A DNA stretch of 32,000 nucleotides, from NCBI RefSeq assembly GCF_000010625.1, contig NC_010296.1:4230001-4262000 (forward strand), read 5' to 3'. Shown in pieces: positions 1 through 9,679 of the stretch (positions are counted from its first letter, which is position 1; the number at the start of each line of letters is the position of its first letter). The DNA is from Microcystis aeruginosa NIES-843. Its GTDB lineage: Bacteria; Cyanobacteriota; Cyanobacteriia; Cyanobacteriales; Microcystaceae. The position numbers and the translations under genes were made by a program. The notes below the pieces were generated by a model. The model did no database searches. It was not told where the DNA came from and saw only the letters and a list, made by a program, of their open reading frames with translations.

Positions 1-160
1 ATCTGTAGGGTGGGTTAGGCAAAAATAAGTTATACTCTGACTGAAAATTGAGTATTCGCCGTAACCCACCAGATCAGCACATAGGTAATCATCTGTAGGG
101 TGGGTTAGGCGAAAATAAGTTATACTCTGACTAGAAATTGAGTATTCGCCGTAACCCACC
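1..160. repeat. Two copies of a 70-bp hairpin-type repeat (units 1-70 and 91-160, 20-bp spacer)
   Basis: The units differ at about 3 positions. Each has arms GGTGGGTTAGGC / GCCGTAACCCACC around a ~45-nt loop. A related motif (CGCCTAACCCATCCTACA) occurs inverted at 951-968. The window edge cuts the array, so more units may lie upstream. Confidence 0.85.
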
Positions 161-182
161 GGCTTTTTTCTCCCTATCTCCC

Positions 183-217
183 CACTGATAACTGATTACT
201 GTTCACTGATAACTGAC
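183..217. repeat. Heptamer (STRR-like) array, 5 units NACTGNT
   Basis: CACTGAT AACTGAT TACTGTT CACTGAT AACTGAC read directly. Same unit family as the arrays at 19664-19812. Confidence 0.8.
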
Positions 218-459
218 ACCCCCTGATTCCTCAACTCCGATCGCTACCTGCTGTTAGAATGGAGAATTGCGGTCAGACTGACGATAAAATTGAGAAGCTA
301 AATCCTTGATTCTTAATAGTTGTTGAGAAACTTTCCGCCTACTATCGCAATTATCCGATAATATGGGCAACAGCGAGTTAGTCTATTCAGTCTGTTAAAA
401 TTGACCCCCGTTGGTCGTATTCGCGCACTGTCTAACCTTAATGATGAGGATCAGTTAAT

Positions 460-891
460 ATGGAATCAATGCAACCGACCGAGACCCAAAATCCGATTAG
501 AACGGATTTACCCGGGTCTCTGAGCAAACCCAGCAGCAGCAGCACCGAACAGATTTGGTCTGAATATGTAGAACCAGTTTGGGATTCGGTGATGTCCTAT
601 CTGGCTAACGTCCCCGATTATATCGGTAGTTTCTTCTCTGGATACAAAAAACCTTTAATCGTTCTGGGGGCAATTTTAGCCAGTTTTGTCACCGTGAAAG
701 TTACCCTAGCGGTTTTAGATGCGATCGATGATATTCCCCTCCTTGCTCCTATCCTACAATTAGTTGGGATCGTTTACACTGGTTGGTTTGTCTGGCGCTA
801 TCTGCTCAAAGATGAAAATCGCCGCGAGTTATTAGCCGAAATTGATGCACTAAAAGCGCAAGTTTTTGGCAGTCACAATAACCCTTTATAA
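460..891 (+). CDS. CAAD-domain / CurT-like thylakoid membrane protein
   Basis: 143 aa. The C-terminal half (PDYIGSFFSGYKKPLIVLGAIL...IPLLAPILQLVGIVYTGWFVWRYLL) matches my memory of the CAAD/CURT1 two-helix membrane domain. The N-terminus is disordered and Ser-rich. Confidence 0.75.
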   Translation: MESMQPTETQNPIRTDLPGSLSKPSSSSTEQIWSEYVEPVWDSVMSYLANVPDYIGSFFSGYKKPLIVLGAILASFVTVKVTLAVLDAIDDIPLLAPILQLVGIVYTGWFVWRYLLKDENRRELLAEIDALKAQVFGSHNNPL

Positions 892-990
892 GTGGGTGGG
901 TGGAATTAAATATAAGATGAACGTAGGTTGGGTTGAAGCATGAAACCCAACGCCTAACCCATCCTACAAATAATTGTGCCTCCCTACTTA

Positions 991-1021
991 GGGTTTGCTG
1001 AAAAACTTTTTCAGCAGACCC
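991..1021. repeat. 31-bp mini-element made of the two family-A MITE termini fused head to head
   Basis: GGGTTTGCTGAAAAAC/TTTTTCAGCAGACCC is a near-perfect palindrome built from the same 12-bp termini as the IS at 7998-9679. It is flanked by TACTTA and TATATA. Confidence 0.7.
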
Positions 1022-1028
1022 TATATAT

Positions 1029-1252
1029 GAACGGGAAAACAGAAATGACAGGGAAAAACGGATGGCTCTCTTATTCTTTGTGTGATAAGTTTAACTTATA
1101 TAGGAGCGTTCAATCTTTGTGTCCTTTGCGTCTTTGTGGTTCGTTCCACTCGCTCGCCAGCAGGACTGTATCTTAGAATATATTTTACCCACCAAACCCA
1201 AGAGAGCCAACGGATGCCAACAGAGAATTTATCAATCGATTAAGTTGAGTAT
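1029..1252 (-). repeat. Copy of a 72-bp dispersed repeat (intact copy at 5520-5591), interrupted by a 144-bp insertion
   Basis: 1029-1064 plus 1217-1252 equals the reverse complement of 5520-5591. The intact copy shows the uninterrupted sequence AAAAACGGATGCCAACAG. Confidence 0.85.
1065..1208. mobile_element. 144-bp non-autonomous TIR element (MITE-like) with an 8-bp target-site duplication
   Basis: Termini are GCTCTCTT...AAGAGAGC. AACGGATG is duplicated at 1057-1064 and 1209-1216. The empty site is visible at 5520-5591. Confidence 0.8.
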
Positions 1253-1303
1253 GAGGGCTTTTCTCTCTATTCTAACTCTCCTCCTCTGACAGAAGAGGAA
1301 TAT

Positions 1304-2476
1304 CTAAGAGCTAATTTCACGACCGAGGTGGGCAAGCTTCTCTAGAACAGATTGAAGCAAAGATCGCCGCTGCTCGACGACAATATCTAAGTTAGCCAAC
1401 ATATACTTTACGTCTTTGTAGGCATTGTCCAGCAAGGTAAGTAATAATTCGCGATCGCCTGCGATGTCTTTTTCTGATGGGGTGCGGGTCCGTTGGGGTA
1501 ATAAGTCCGCTGGTGGAGAAGGAAGGGAGGGCGATCGCTCGGACTCTAGCTGTTGAATGGTTTGTTGTAAATTTTCAATCACCCCATACATTTCCATCGG
1601 GTCAAAAACCCTTAACAGACTGGTTTGTGTAACAATACCCAACCCCCGACCCCAGTTCCAAGAAACCACCAAACGCCCCACCCGCCGTTTTTGCATTTCC
1701 TGATGGGCTGTCCACAGGGAATCCTCGGGGCTGAGGAGAAATAACGGCGTACTCATCACCGTCTGGGCCCTAGTTTTGTGCAGATCGATTTGAACGGCTT
1801 GAAACTGGACAAGATCTCGCTCTGTCACAATACCAACCGGGCAGTCATTGTCTTCGGAATCTCGTTGGGTGATCACCACACAACTGACACGATGTTCAGC
1901 CATTAACTGGGCCAATTGCAAGACTGTGGCGGTGAGTGGGGCCTGTACCACTTGACTGGTCATCACATCGGATACGCGACGAAACCGCAATAGATTGGCC
2001 GGACGCAATATCTGGCGAATACTTTCATGGGAGATCACCCCGATTAACTGTCCTTGGTCATCGACAATCGGCAAATGGCGAATTCGGTAGCGACGAAACA
2101 AAAACAGGGCGGCAAAAATGTCTTGAGCAGATTGCTGGGGCAACGTGATCAGGGGATGTACCATCACATCGGCAACGGTTGTCTCGGACAGGTTAATCCC
2201 TTGAGCGGTGAGTCGCACCACATCGCGTTCTGTCAAAATTCCTAATAACTCTTGCCCCTGCACCACCAGCAGACAGCTAACACGCACCTCTCCGGCCGGA
2301 GCAGCTAGAGGGGATAGGTCATCGGTGAGTAAACACAGACGGCTATGGGCCTGACCGATTAGGGCGATCGCATCCGCCAGAGAAGTGGTTGGCGGCACCG
2401 TCAAGGGTTGGCGATTGATCGCCTTTTCCAGATCGGGGGCCCAACTCAGAGGTGTATCGAGGGACATCAGCACCAT
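1304..2476 (-). CDS. CBS-domain protein (four CBS motifs, i.e. two Bateman modules, plus a C-terminal coiled-coil tail)
   Basis: Four repeats of the CBS pattern are present (e.g. ELLGILTERDVVR, QLIGVISHESIRQ, PVGIVTERDLVQF, GLGIVTQTSLLRV). I prefer the ATG at 2476 (MVLMSLD...). The track ORF extends to a TTG at 2521. Confidence 0.8.
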   Translation of the reverse strand: MVLMSLDTPLSWAPDLEKAINRQPLTVPPTTSLADAIALIGQAHSRLCLLTDDLSPLAAPAGEVRVSCLLVVQGQELLGILTERDVVRLTAQGINLSETTVADVMVHPLITLPQQSAQDIFAALFLFRRYRIRHLPIVDDQGQLIGVISHESIRQILRPANLLRFRRVSDVMTSQVVQAPLTATVLQLAQLMAEHRVSCVVITQRDSEDNDCPVGIVTERDLVQFQAVQIDLHKTRAQTVMSTPLFLLSPEDSLWTAHQEMQKRRVGRLVVSWNWGRGLGIVTQTSLLRVFDPMEMYGVIENLQQTIQQLESERSPSLPSPPADLLPQRTRTPSEKDIAGDRELLLTLLDNAYKDVKYMLANLDIVVEQRRSLLQSVLEKLAHLGREISS

Positions 2477-2699
2477 CCTGCGATCGCAAAAGCCAAGATA
2501 GACAGAACAGCCACTGGGCAAAGAACCCCGGCTCTCAGAGTTGCCAAAACCCGTTCTAAAACTATCTCAAAATGTAGCGTCATTTAACTTTTTCCTAAAA
2601 GATGTAACGTTTTGTTACAATTTTTATTAAACTCGTAAAGATTTTCGACCCACTTCGGTGTATCATAGAGGGATGTAACAGGTTAAAGCCTGAAACTTT

Positions 2700-3155
2700 T
2701 TATTTAGGGGTTATTGAGCCTCTAATGGTTTTAGGAGCGGCATCACCAGACGCTGGGGTGAGTACTTCCGGGTTATGCTCGGTCTGAGGGGTTACTCCGG
2801 AAATTCTGGACACCTTTCCATATAGTCGATCAAGCACCCGCTTTACGGAAATACGCTGCCACGGTTGACCACGTTTGGTGGTGTAGCCCTGTTCATTAAG
2901 CCAATCGGCGATCTTCTGCAAGGATTTCCCTGATTTGTGATGACGGCGAATCAGTTCAATGACCCGGCACTCTTCCGGATCATCCACTAATTCACCATCG
3001 ATCGATCGTTGTCCAAAGGCAGGGGAGCCGTAGCCCGCATAACCACCGTTGCTTGCTTTTGCTTGTCTACCTTGTTCTAGCCGCTCCCAGGCAGATAAAT
3101 CGTTTGAAGGGGTCGCTGTCATAGGGGATGTCAATGCAATAACTTGCAAAACCAT
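2700..3155 (-). pseudogene. Serine-recombinase fragment: 'Recombinase' DNA-binding domain only, possible gene remnant
   Basis: LEQGRQAKASNGGYAGYGSPAFGQ...DPEECRVIELIRRHHKSGKSLQKIADWLNEQGYTTKRGQPWQRISVKRVL matches the region just after the catalytic domain of large serine recombinases. No catalytic domain is present: only 340 bp lie upstream before trxA. There is no zinc-ribbon or coiled-coil C-terminus. The reading frame itself is open (151 aa). Confidence 0.6.
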
Positions 3156-3494
3156 ATTACCGTAACTTAACGTCGCAAATTTGTTTTGATTGGGAGCAGC
3201 CGATGACGACTTACAAAGTAAAACCCCCCCATGAGCAGGGACTAGATGTCACCATCGATGTCTGGGACGACCAAACTATATACGATACCCCAAGGAGGCG
3301 GACATTGACTTATGCCATTTTGCTTTACTCATAGCCCTGGACTCCCAAACCCTTTCGCTTTCTGGGAGAAAGTTAAAGGGGCTAAGGCCAAGCATTTTTA
3401 GATGAGGAGCGGGTCAAGGCTGAATTTATATTGTAAAACGCACCGAGAAGAGAATTTGTCCTAAGTTACACAGCATCAATCTGGAGATATAAAC

Positions 3495-3818
3495 ATGGGT
3501 ACGGCTACATTTATTCAAGATGAAACTGAATTTGATTCCCTGTTAAAGAGTGAATCACTGTTGGTGGTAGATTGCACGGCAACCTGGTGTGGACCTTGCA
3601 AACTGGTGGCGCCGTTGATCGATCGATTGGCCGATGACTATCGCGATCGCGCCAAAGTCTTCAAACTTGACCTAGACAGTAACAAACCCGTGGCCAAACG
3701 CTTTGGGATTAGAAGTATTCCGGCGGTCATGGTATTTAAACAGGGGAAATTGATAGAAACATTAGTTGGGGTTAAACCCTATGAAGAATTTACGGCTGCG
3801 GTAGAACGACAATTATAG
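3495..3818 (+). CDS. trxA: Thioredoxin
   Basis: 107 aa with a canonical WCGPCK active site and m-type thioredoxin length and pattern (IRSIPAVMVFKQG). Confidence 0.93.
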   Translation: MGTATFIQDETEFDSLLKSESLLVVDCTATWCGPCKLVAPLIDRLADDYRDRAKVFKLDLDSNKPVAKRFGIRSIPAVMVFKQGKLIETLVGVKPYEEFTAAVERQL

Positions 3819-3898
3819 TCTTCCACCGTGAACGAACACTCTGGGCAAACGTCCGAAGTTGACCCTTTCCTTCTCACATCACTATTCAATTTTGAGGT

Positions 3899-4225
3899 AT
3901 GGCGATGAACAAGCTTATAGAAATTCGGTGTCCCAACTGTGGCAGCGTAGCTCAACGGCTCTTGAGCGATCGCCTACCCGCAGGATATAAGTGTCCGGCC
4001 CGGCAGGTTGCTCAGACGGAATGCCCAGTGTGTGATTATTTCATCGCCATGTGTTGGCAAAACGGCGCTGTGCTGGAGGCCTATGCTCCCGGCACTCAGG
4101 GGAACACAGCTGCAGCTATCCCGTCCCAGCCCCAATCAGCGATCGCCCATTGGCCCTGGTCATCTCTGTTGACAGTGGCCCTCAGCCCACAAGAGTCTAG
4201 GAAATTGCTATCGGGGCAACCCTAG
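3899..4225 (+). CDS. Hypothetical zinc-ribbon protein
   Basis: CPNCGS...CPVCDY cysteine pairs sit in the N-terminal half, and the C-terminal half is low-complexity. The ATG at 3905 has better spacing to the GAGG at 3894-3897 and may be the true start. Confidence 0.5.
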   Translation: MAMNKLIEIRCPNCGSVAQRLLSDRLPAGYKCPARQVAQTECPVCDYFIAMCWQNGAVLEAYAPGTQGNTAAAIPSQPQSAIAHWPWSSLLTVALSPQESRKLLSGQP

Positions 4226-4275
4226 TCAACTTTTGCGTTTATACCAGTTCTTTCATTTTAAAAAACCATAACCCT

Positions 4276-4893
4276 ATGCTACAAGCTCAAGAAATTATGA
4301 CCCAAAACGTTGTCACCATTCGTGGTTCGGCAACGGTTGCCGATGCCGTGAAATTGATGAAAGAAAAACAACTGCGGGGATTGATTGTCGAACCGCGCCA
4401 TGAACAGGACCCTTATGGAATTGTCACTGAAACCGACATCGTTTACAAAGTGGCGGCCTTTGGCCACGATCCTAAAACTATGCGGGTTTACGAAATTATG
4501 GTTAAGCCCTGTGTGGTCGTCAATCCCGAACTGGGGGTGGAATATGTGGCTCGGTTATTTGCTCAAACCCGCATTCGCCGCGCCCCCGTGATTCAGGGCA
4601 AAACTTTGCTGGGCATTATTTCTGTCAGTGATATTCTCTTCAAGAGCGATTTTGTTGAAAAGCCCAAGCGGTTGTTCATTGAAGATGAAATTGAAGCGGC
4701 CCGGGAAGACGCGCGGGCAATTTGTGCGGCCAAGGGTGAAATCTCTCCCGATTGCGCCGCAGCCTGGGATGTGGTTGAGGAACTCCAGGCGGAAGCCTCC
4801 CATCAACGGGCCAAAAAACAGGGGAATAACTCACTCCAGTCCTACTGCGAGGCTAATCCCGATGCCTTAGAGTGCCGCATTTATGAGGATTAA
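4276..4893 (+). CDS. CBS-CP12 fusion protein
   Basis: An N-terminal CBS pair (IMTQNVVTI..., GIVTETDIV, LLGIISVSDIL) is followed by a C-terminal CP12 signature (AAWDVVEELQAE ... CEANPDALECRIYED). This fusion family has been described in Microcystis and other cyanobacteria. Confidence 0.88.
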   Translation: MLQAQEIMTQNVVTIRGSATVADAVKLMKEKQLRGLIVEPRHEQDPYGIVTETDIVYKVAAFGHDPKTMRVYEIMVKPCVVVNPELGVEYVARLFAQTRIRRAPVIQGKTLLGIISVSDILFKSDFVEKPKRLFIEDEIEAAREDARAICAAKGEISPDCAAAWDVVEELQAEASHQRAKKQGNNSLQSYCEANPDALECRIYED

Positions 4894-5303
4894 ATCCTGG
4901 CGGGTTTTGGCAGAATCGATCGCCTTGAGGGTGACTTCTGCCCTTAATGCGCTTAGGTTAACTTCAAAGCCGCCTGTCAATTACTGAAAAATCAAGGGCA
5001 ATGTTTTCTTCATTGCTGTGTATGCTGCCTAGTCATGGTTTCGATCTCCGCCGTGAATAGCTTTTGCTTGTCAAGGTAAGGATTTGCTTTGATCGCCCTG
5101 ACATTTGGCAGCTTCCAAGCGTATCGGTGGGGCTGCCAATCTCCCACTATACGCTCTAATTTTAGAATCGAAAAGATTAAAAGAAAATGACTTAAATAAT
5201 ATTCGATTATTTATCGAGCCTTTCGGTTACTTGAATCGCTTAAAAGCTTGGCTCTGTGTTTTCTTTACTCCTCGATTAATTAACTATTTTTCTTTTCTAT
5301 ATA

Positions 5304-5516
5304 GGGTCTGCTGAAAAAGTTTTTCCTGGGGGCAGGGTGTGGGGTGTGGGGTGTGGGGTGTGGGGTTTTACCGGTTTTGAGGTGGCCAATTACCTAATTT
5401 TCAGGGAAAAAGTCCCTGAATTTTCCCCCTGATCACTCCCATGCCGGGTACTTTTTGATTGACAAAAAGTCTAAAAGTCTTACCCAACAAGGTTTTTAGA
5501 TTTATTCAGCCAACCC
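5304..5516 (-). mobile_element. Family-A MITE copy A1 (213 bp)
   Basis: Termini are GGGTCTGCTGAA...TTCAGCCAACCC. The 6-bp TSD TATATA lies at 5298-5303 and 5517-5522. The subterminal sequence matches both ends of the IS at 7998-9679. The interior carries (GGGGTGTG)n. Confidence 0.9.
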
Positions 5517-5519
5517 TAT

Positions 5520-5591
5520 ATACTCAACTTAATCGATTGATAAATTCTCTGTTGGCATCCGTTTTTCCCTGTCATTTCTGTTTTCCCGTTC
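5520..5591 (+). repeat. Intact copy of the 72-bp dispersed repeat
   Basis: Reverse complement of 1029-1064 plus 1217-1252. Confidence 0.85.
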
Positions 5592-5743
5592 CCTAGAGTG
5601 ACGGAAAAGGGATATTCTGACTGCTGCCTTCCCAAAACGAAAACTTTGTACCTCACCACTAAGATAACTGCTATAGCTTAACACCATAGTTCGGAAACCC
5701 GTACCGATCGAGCCGTTGTCAGGGGGCCTTCTATTTCGGTAAA

Positions 5744-5770
5744 TTAGCACTCGGAAGGTAAGAGTGCTAA
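5744..5770 (+). promoter_or_regulatory. CIRCE operator (HrcA binding site) of groESL
   Basis: TTAGCACTC-GGAAGGTAA-GAGTGCTAA is a perfect match to the consensus TTAGCACTC-N9-GAGTGCTAA. It ends 48 bp upstream of the groES ATG. Confidence 0.92.
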
Positions 5771-5817
5771 TCTGGAAAAGACACTTACCCAAATACAAGA
5801 GAAACGGAGGATATTCC

Positions 5818-6129
5818 ATGGCTGCAGTCAGCATCAACGTAACTACTGTTAAACCCCTAGGCGATCGAGTTTTCGTCAAAGTTAGTCCCAGCGAAGAAAA
5901 AACCGCCGGTGGTATTTTCCTTCCCGACGCCGCTAAAGAAAAACCCCAAATCGGGGAAGTCGTGGCCGTCGGCCCCGGCAAACGCAACGATGACGGTAGC
6001 CGTACCCCCGTAGAAGTGGGTGTGGGTGACAAAGTTCTCTACTCCAAATATGCCGGAACCGATATCAAACTTGGTGGCGAAGAATTCGTTCTCCTCTCCG
6101 AAAAAGACATTCTCGCCGCCGTTTCCTAA
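5818..6129 (+). CDS. groES: Co-chaperonin GroES
   Basis: 103 aa from [22 protein letters not shown]..., with GGAGG at 5806-5810. The track ORF start at 5764 is an upstream in-frame extension. Confidence 0.95.
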   Translation: MAAVSINVTTVKPLGDRVFVKVSPSEEKTAGGIFLPDAAKEKPQIGEVVAVGPGKRNDDGSRTPVEVGVGDKVLYSKYAGTDIKLGGEEFVLLSEKDILAAVS

Positions 6130-6166
6130 TCATCTACCCTTGAAAACCCCTATTTTGCCCGAATAA

Positions 6167-7801
<1,635 letters not shown>

Positions 7802-7822
7802 TAATTAGTCTGTTTTTTCTTG

Positions 7823-7855
7823 ACTCGATCGCTTAATTGCGATCGAGTTTTTTTT
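7823..7855 (+). terminator. Rho-independent terminator of groESL
   Basis: ACTCGATCGC-TTAATT-GCGATCGAGT is a perfect 10-bp stem followed by a T8 run, 22 bp after the groEL stop. Confidence 0.8.
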
Positions 7856-7997
7856 GATGAAAAAACATCACTTCGGGTTAAGGAAAGTACAATTTTATCC
7901 CCGACGCTTTTTCCTTGCGGTAAAATATTGATGGCTCGATCGGGTATCCCGATTTACAGCCCGCCATGCGGAACAAATCTGGATTGTTAAGTAGGTA

Positions 7998-9679
7998 GGG
8001 TTTGCTGAATAAATCTAAAAACCTTACAGGAAAGGGCTTTTAGCTTGATTGAGAGCTTCCCAAATGCACTTAAATCTGCTAGAATCTCTTAAAACCCTTG
8101 CATCACCCTTGCATCTTCTCTAATTAGTGCTAATGTACCGTAAAAGCGAGTTACCCTCAACCCCACCAGAAAACTTCGAGCTGCCCTTTGAGGGGAAATT
8201 ATCCCAAGATAATCGTTGGGTAATTATGGCCAACCTCATTCCCTGGTCAGAATTTGAAGCGGAATACGCATCACTTTTTTCAGAAGAAATGGGCGCACCC
8301 GCCAAAACATTTAGGACAGCACTAGGAGCATTAATTATTAAAGAAAAATTAGGAACAAGCGATAGAGAAACGGTAGAACAAATCAAGGAAAATCCTTATT
8401 TACAATACTTCTTGGGGTTTTCAGCCTACAGCAATGAACCCCAGTTTGAAGCGTCAATGTTGGTTCACTTTCGAGAAAGAATCACTCGGGAACTAATTAA
8501 TAAAGTGAATCGCTTTATGGTCAAAAATTCGAGAGAAATAAAAGAAGAAGAAAACACCGAAAAAAAGTTAGAGAGCGAAACCCAAAGTCAACCAGAAAAT
8601 CGAGGTAAATTAATTTTAGATGCCAGTTGTGCGCCCGCAGATATTAGTTATCCTACGGATTTAAACCTGTTAAATCAAGGAAGAAAACAAACCGAAAAAA
8701 TTATTGATATTCTCTATGAAACTATAAAAGGAAAACTTGTTCAAAAACCGAGAACCTATCGTCTCCTGGCCAGAAAAAGTTATTTAGAAGTAGCAAAAAA
8801 AAGAAAACCTACCGTCAAACAAAGACGAAAAGCTCTAAAAAGACAACTGCAATATCTGAAAAGAAATCTCGACCATATTGAACAACTTTTAGCAGAAGGA
8901 GCCTCTCTACAAAGCTTGAAAAAAAGAGACTATAAACTGTTATTAGTAGTCACAGAAGTTTATCGCCAACAACTCTGGATGTACCAAAATAACAAACAGA
9001 GTATTGAAGACAGAATTGTCAGCTTAACTCAACCCCACATCCGTCCGATAGTCAGAGGAAAAGCTGGAAAACCCGTAGAATTTGGGGCCAAATTCTCAGC
9101 AAGCTGTATAGATGGTTACATATTTTTAGACCGGATTAGTTGGGATAACTTTAATGAATCGGGAGATTTAAAAGCACAAATAGAAGCTTATTATGACTAT
9201 ACAGGATACTATCCAGAATCAGTTCATGTGGACAAAATTTATCGAACCAGAGAAAACCGAGCTTGGTGTAAAGAAAGGGGAATCAGAATCAGTGGTCCCC
9301 CATTAGGAAGACCAGCCAAAAATGTTAGTAAAGAACAAAAGAAACAAGCTACTGATGATGAGAGGATTCGGAATTGTATAGAGGGCAAATTTGGACAAGG
9401 GAAAAGAAGATTTAGCTTAGGTAAAGTGATGGCTAAACTTCCTCATACTTCCTTTTCAGCGATTGCTATTACTTTTTTAGTCATGAATCTTTCTAACCTG
9501 TTGAGGCAGGTTTTTTGGGCTTTTTTATGTCTGAAATGGAAAAACAGCACTTTTTCTCGGTCAATGATTAGGATAAGTTATAATTTAAAAATTAATCAAC
9601 AACTAAAGCTTATGCTTGTAGCTAAGTGAAATCATTGATTAAGAGACCTGTACTTTTCAATGACTTTTTCAGCAAACCC
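7998..9679 (+). mobile_element. IS element (1682 bp), IS5-superfamily / IS1182-like, autonomous parent of the family-A MITEs
   Basis: 12-bp perfect TIRs GGGTTTGCTGAA / TTCAGCAAACCC. The 6-bp TSD TAGGTA lies at 7992-7997 and 9680-9685. There is a single transposase ORF. Confidence 0.9.
8127..9629 (+). CDS. DDE transposase (DUF772/InsH-type N-terminal domain)
   Basis: 500 aa. FRTALGALIIKEKLGTSDRETVEQIKENPYLQYFLGF is the InsH-N/DUF772 pattern. A C-terminal R-x3-E-x6-K motif (RNCIEGKFGQGK) is typical of IS4/IS5 DDE enzymes. Confidence 0.88.
   Translation: MLMYRKSELPSTPPENFELPFEGKLSQDNRWVIMANLIPWSEFEAEYASLFSEEMGAPAKTFRTALGALIIKEKLGTSDRETVEQIKENPYLQYFLGFSAYSNEPQFEASMLVHFRERITRELINKVNRFMVKNSREIKEEENTEKKLESETQSQPENRGKLILDASCAPADISYPTDLNLLNQGRKQTEKIIDILYETIKGKLVQKPRTYRLLARKSYLEVAKKRKPTVKQRRKALKRQLQYLKRNLDHIEQLLAEGASLQSLKKRDYKLLLVVTEVYRQQLWMYQNNKQSIEDRIVSLTQPHIRPIVRGKAGKPVEFGAKFSASCIDGYIFLDRISWDNFNESGDLKAQIEAYYDYTGYYPESVHVDKIYRTRENRAWCKERGIRISGPPLGRPAKNVSKEQKKQATDDERIRNCIEGKFGQGKRRFSLGKVMAKLPHTSFSAIAITFLVMNLSNLLRQVFWAFLCLKWKNSTFSRSMIRISYNLKINQQLKLMLVAK

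Noticed and set aside
976-1176. 66-aa ORF in the track
   Set aside because: It runs entirely through the 31-bp TIR mini-element, the dispersed 72-bp repeat and the nested 144-bp element. It is a translation of repeats with no coding signal.
2613-2629. Perfect palindrome TGTAAC-GTTTT-GTTACA upstream of the 4xCBS gene, resembling an NtcA/CRP-family site
   Set aside because: The spacing is GTA-N9-TAC, whereas the NtcA consensus is GTA-N8-TAC. It is a single occurrence with no properly placed -10 box that I can confirm, so I leave it unassigned.
3203-3334. 43-aa ORF (MTTYKVKPPHEQGLDVTIDVWDD...) between the recombinase fragment and trxA
   Set aside because: It has no recognisable family and no convincing ribosome-binding site, and it is short enough to arise by chance.
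5105-5314. 69-aa plus-strand ORF upstream of MITE A1
   Set aside because: It starts at a non-ATG codon, is AT-rich, terminates inside the MITE terminus and has no recognisable motif.
5529-6032. 167-aa minus-strand ORF
   Set aside because: It is antisense to groES and spans the CIRCE operator and the dispersed repeat. The sequence is low-complexity and Pro/Ser/Thr-rich. groES on the opposite strand is unambiguous.
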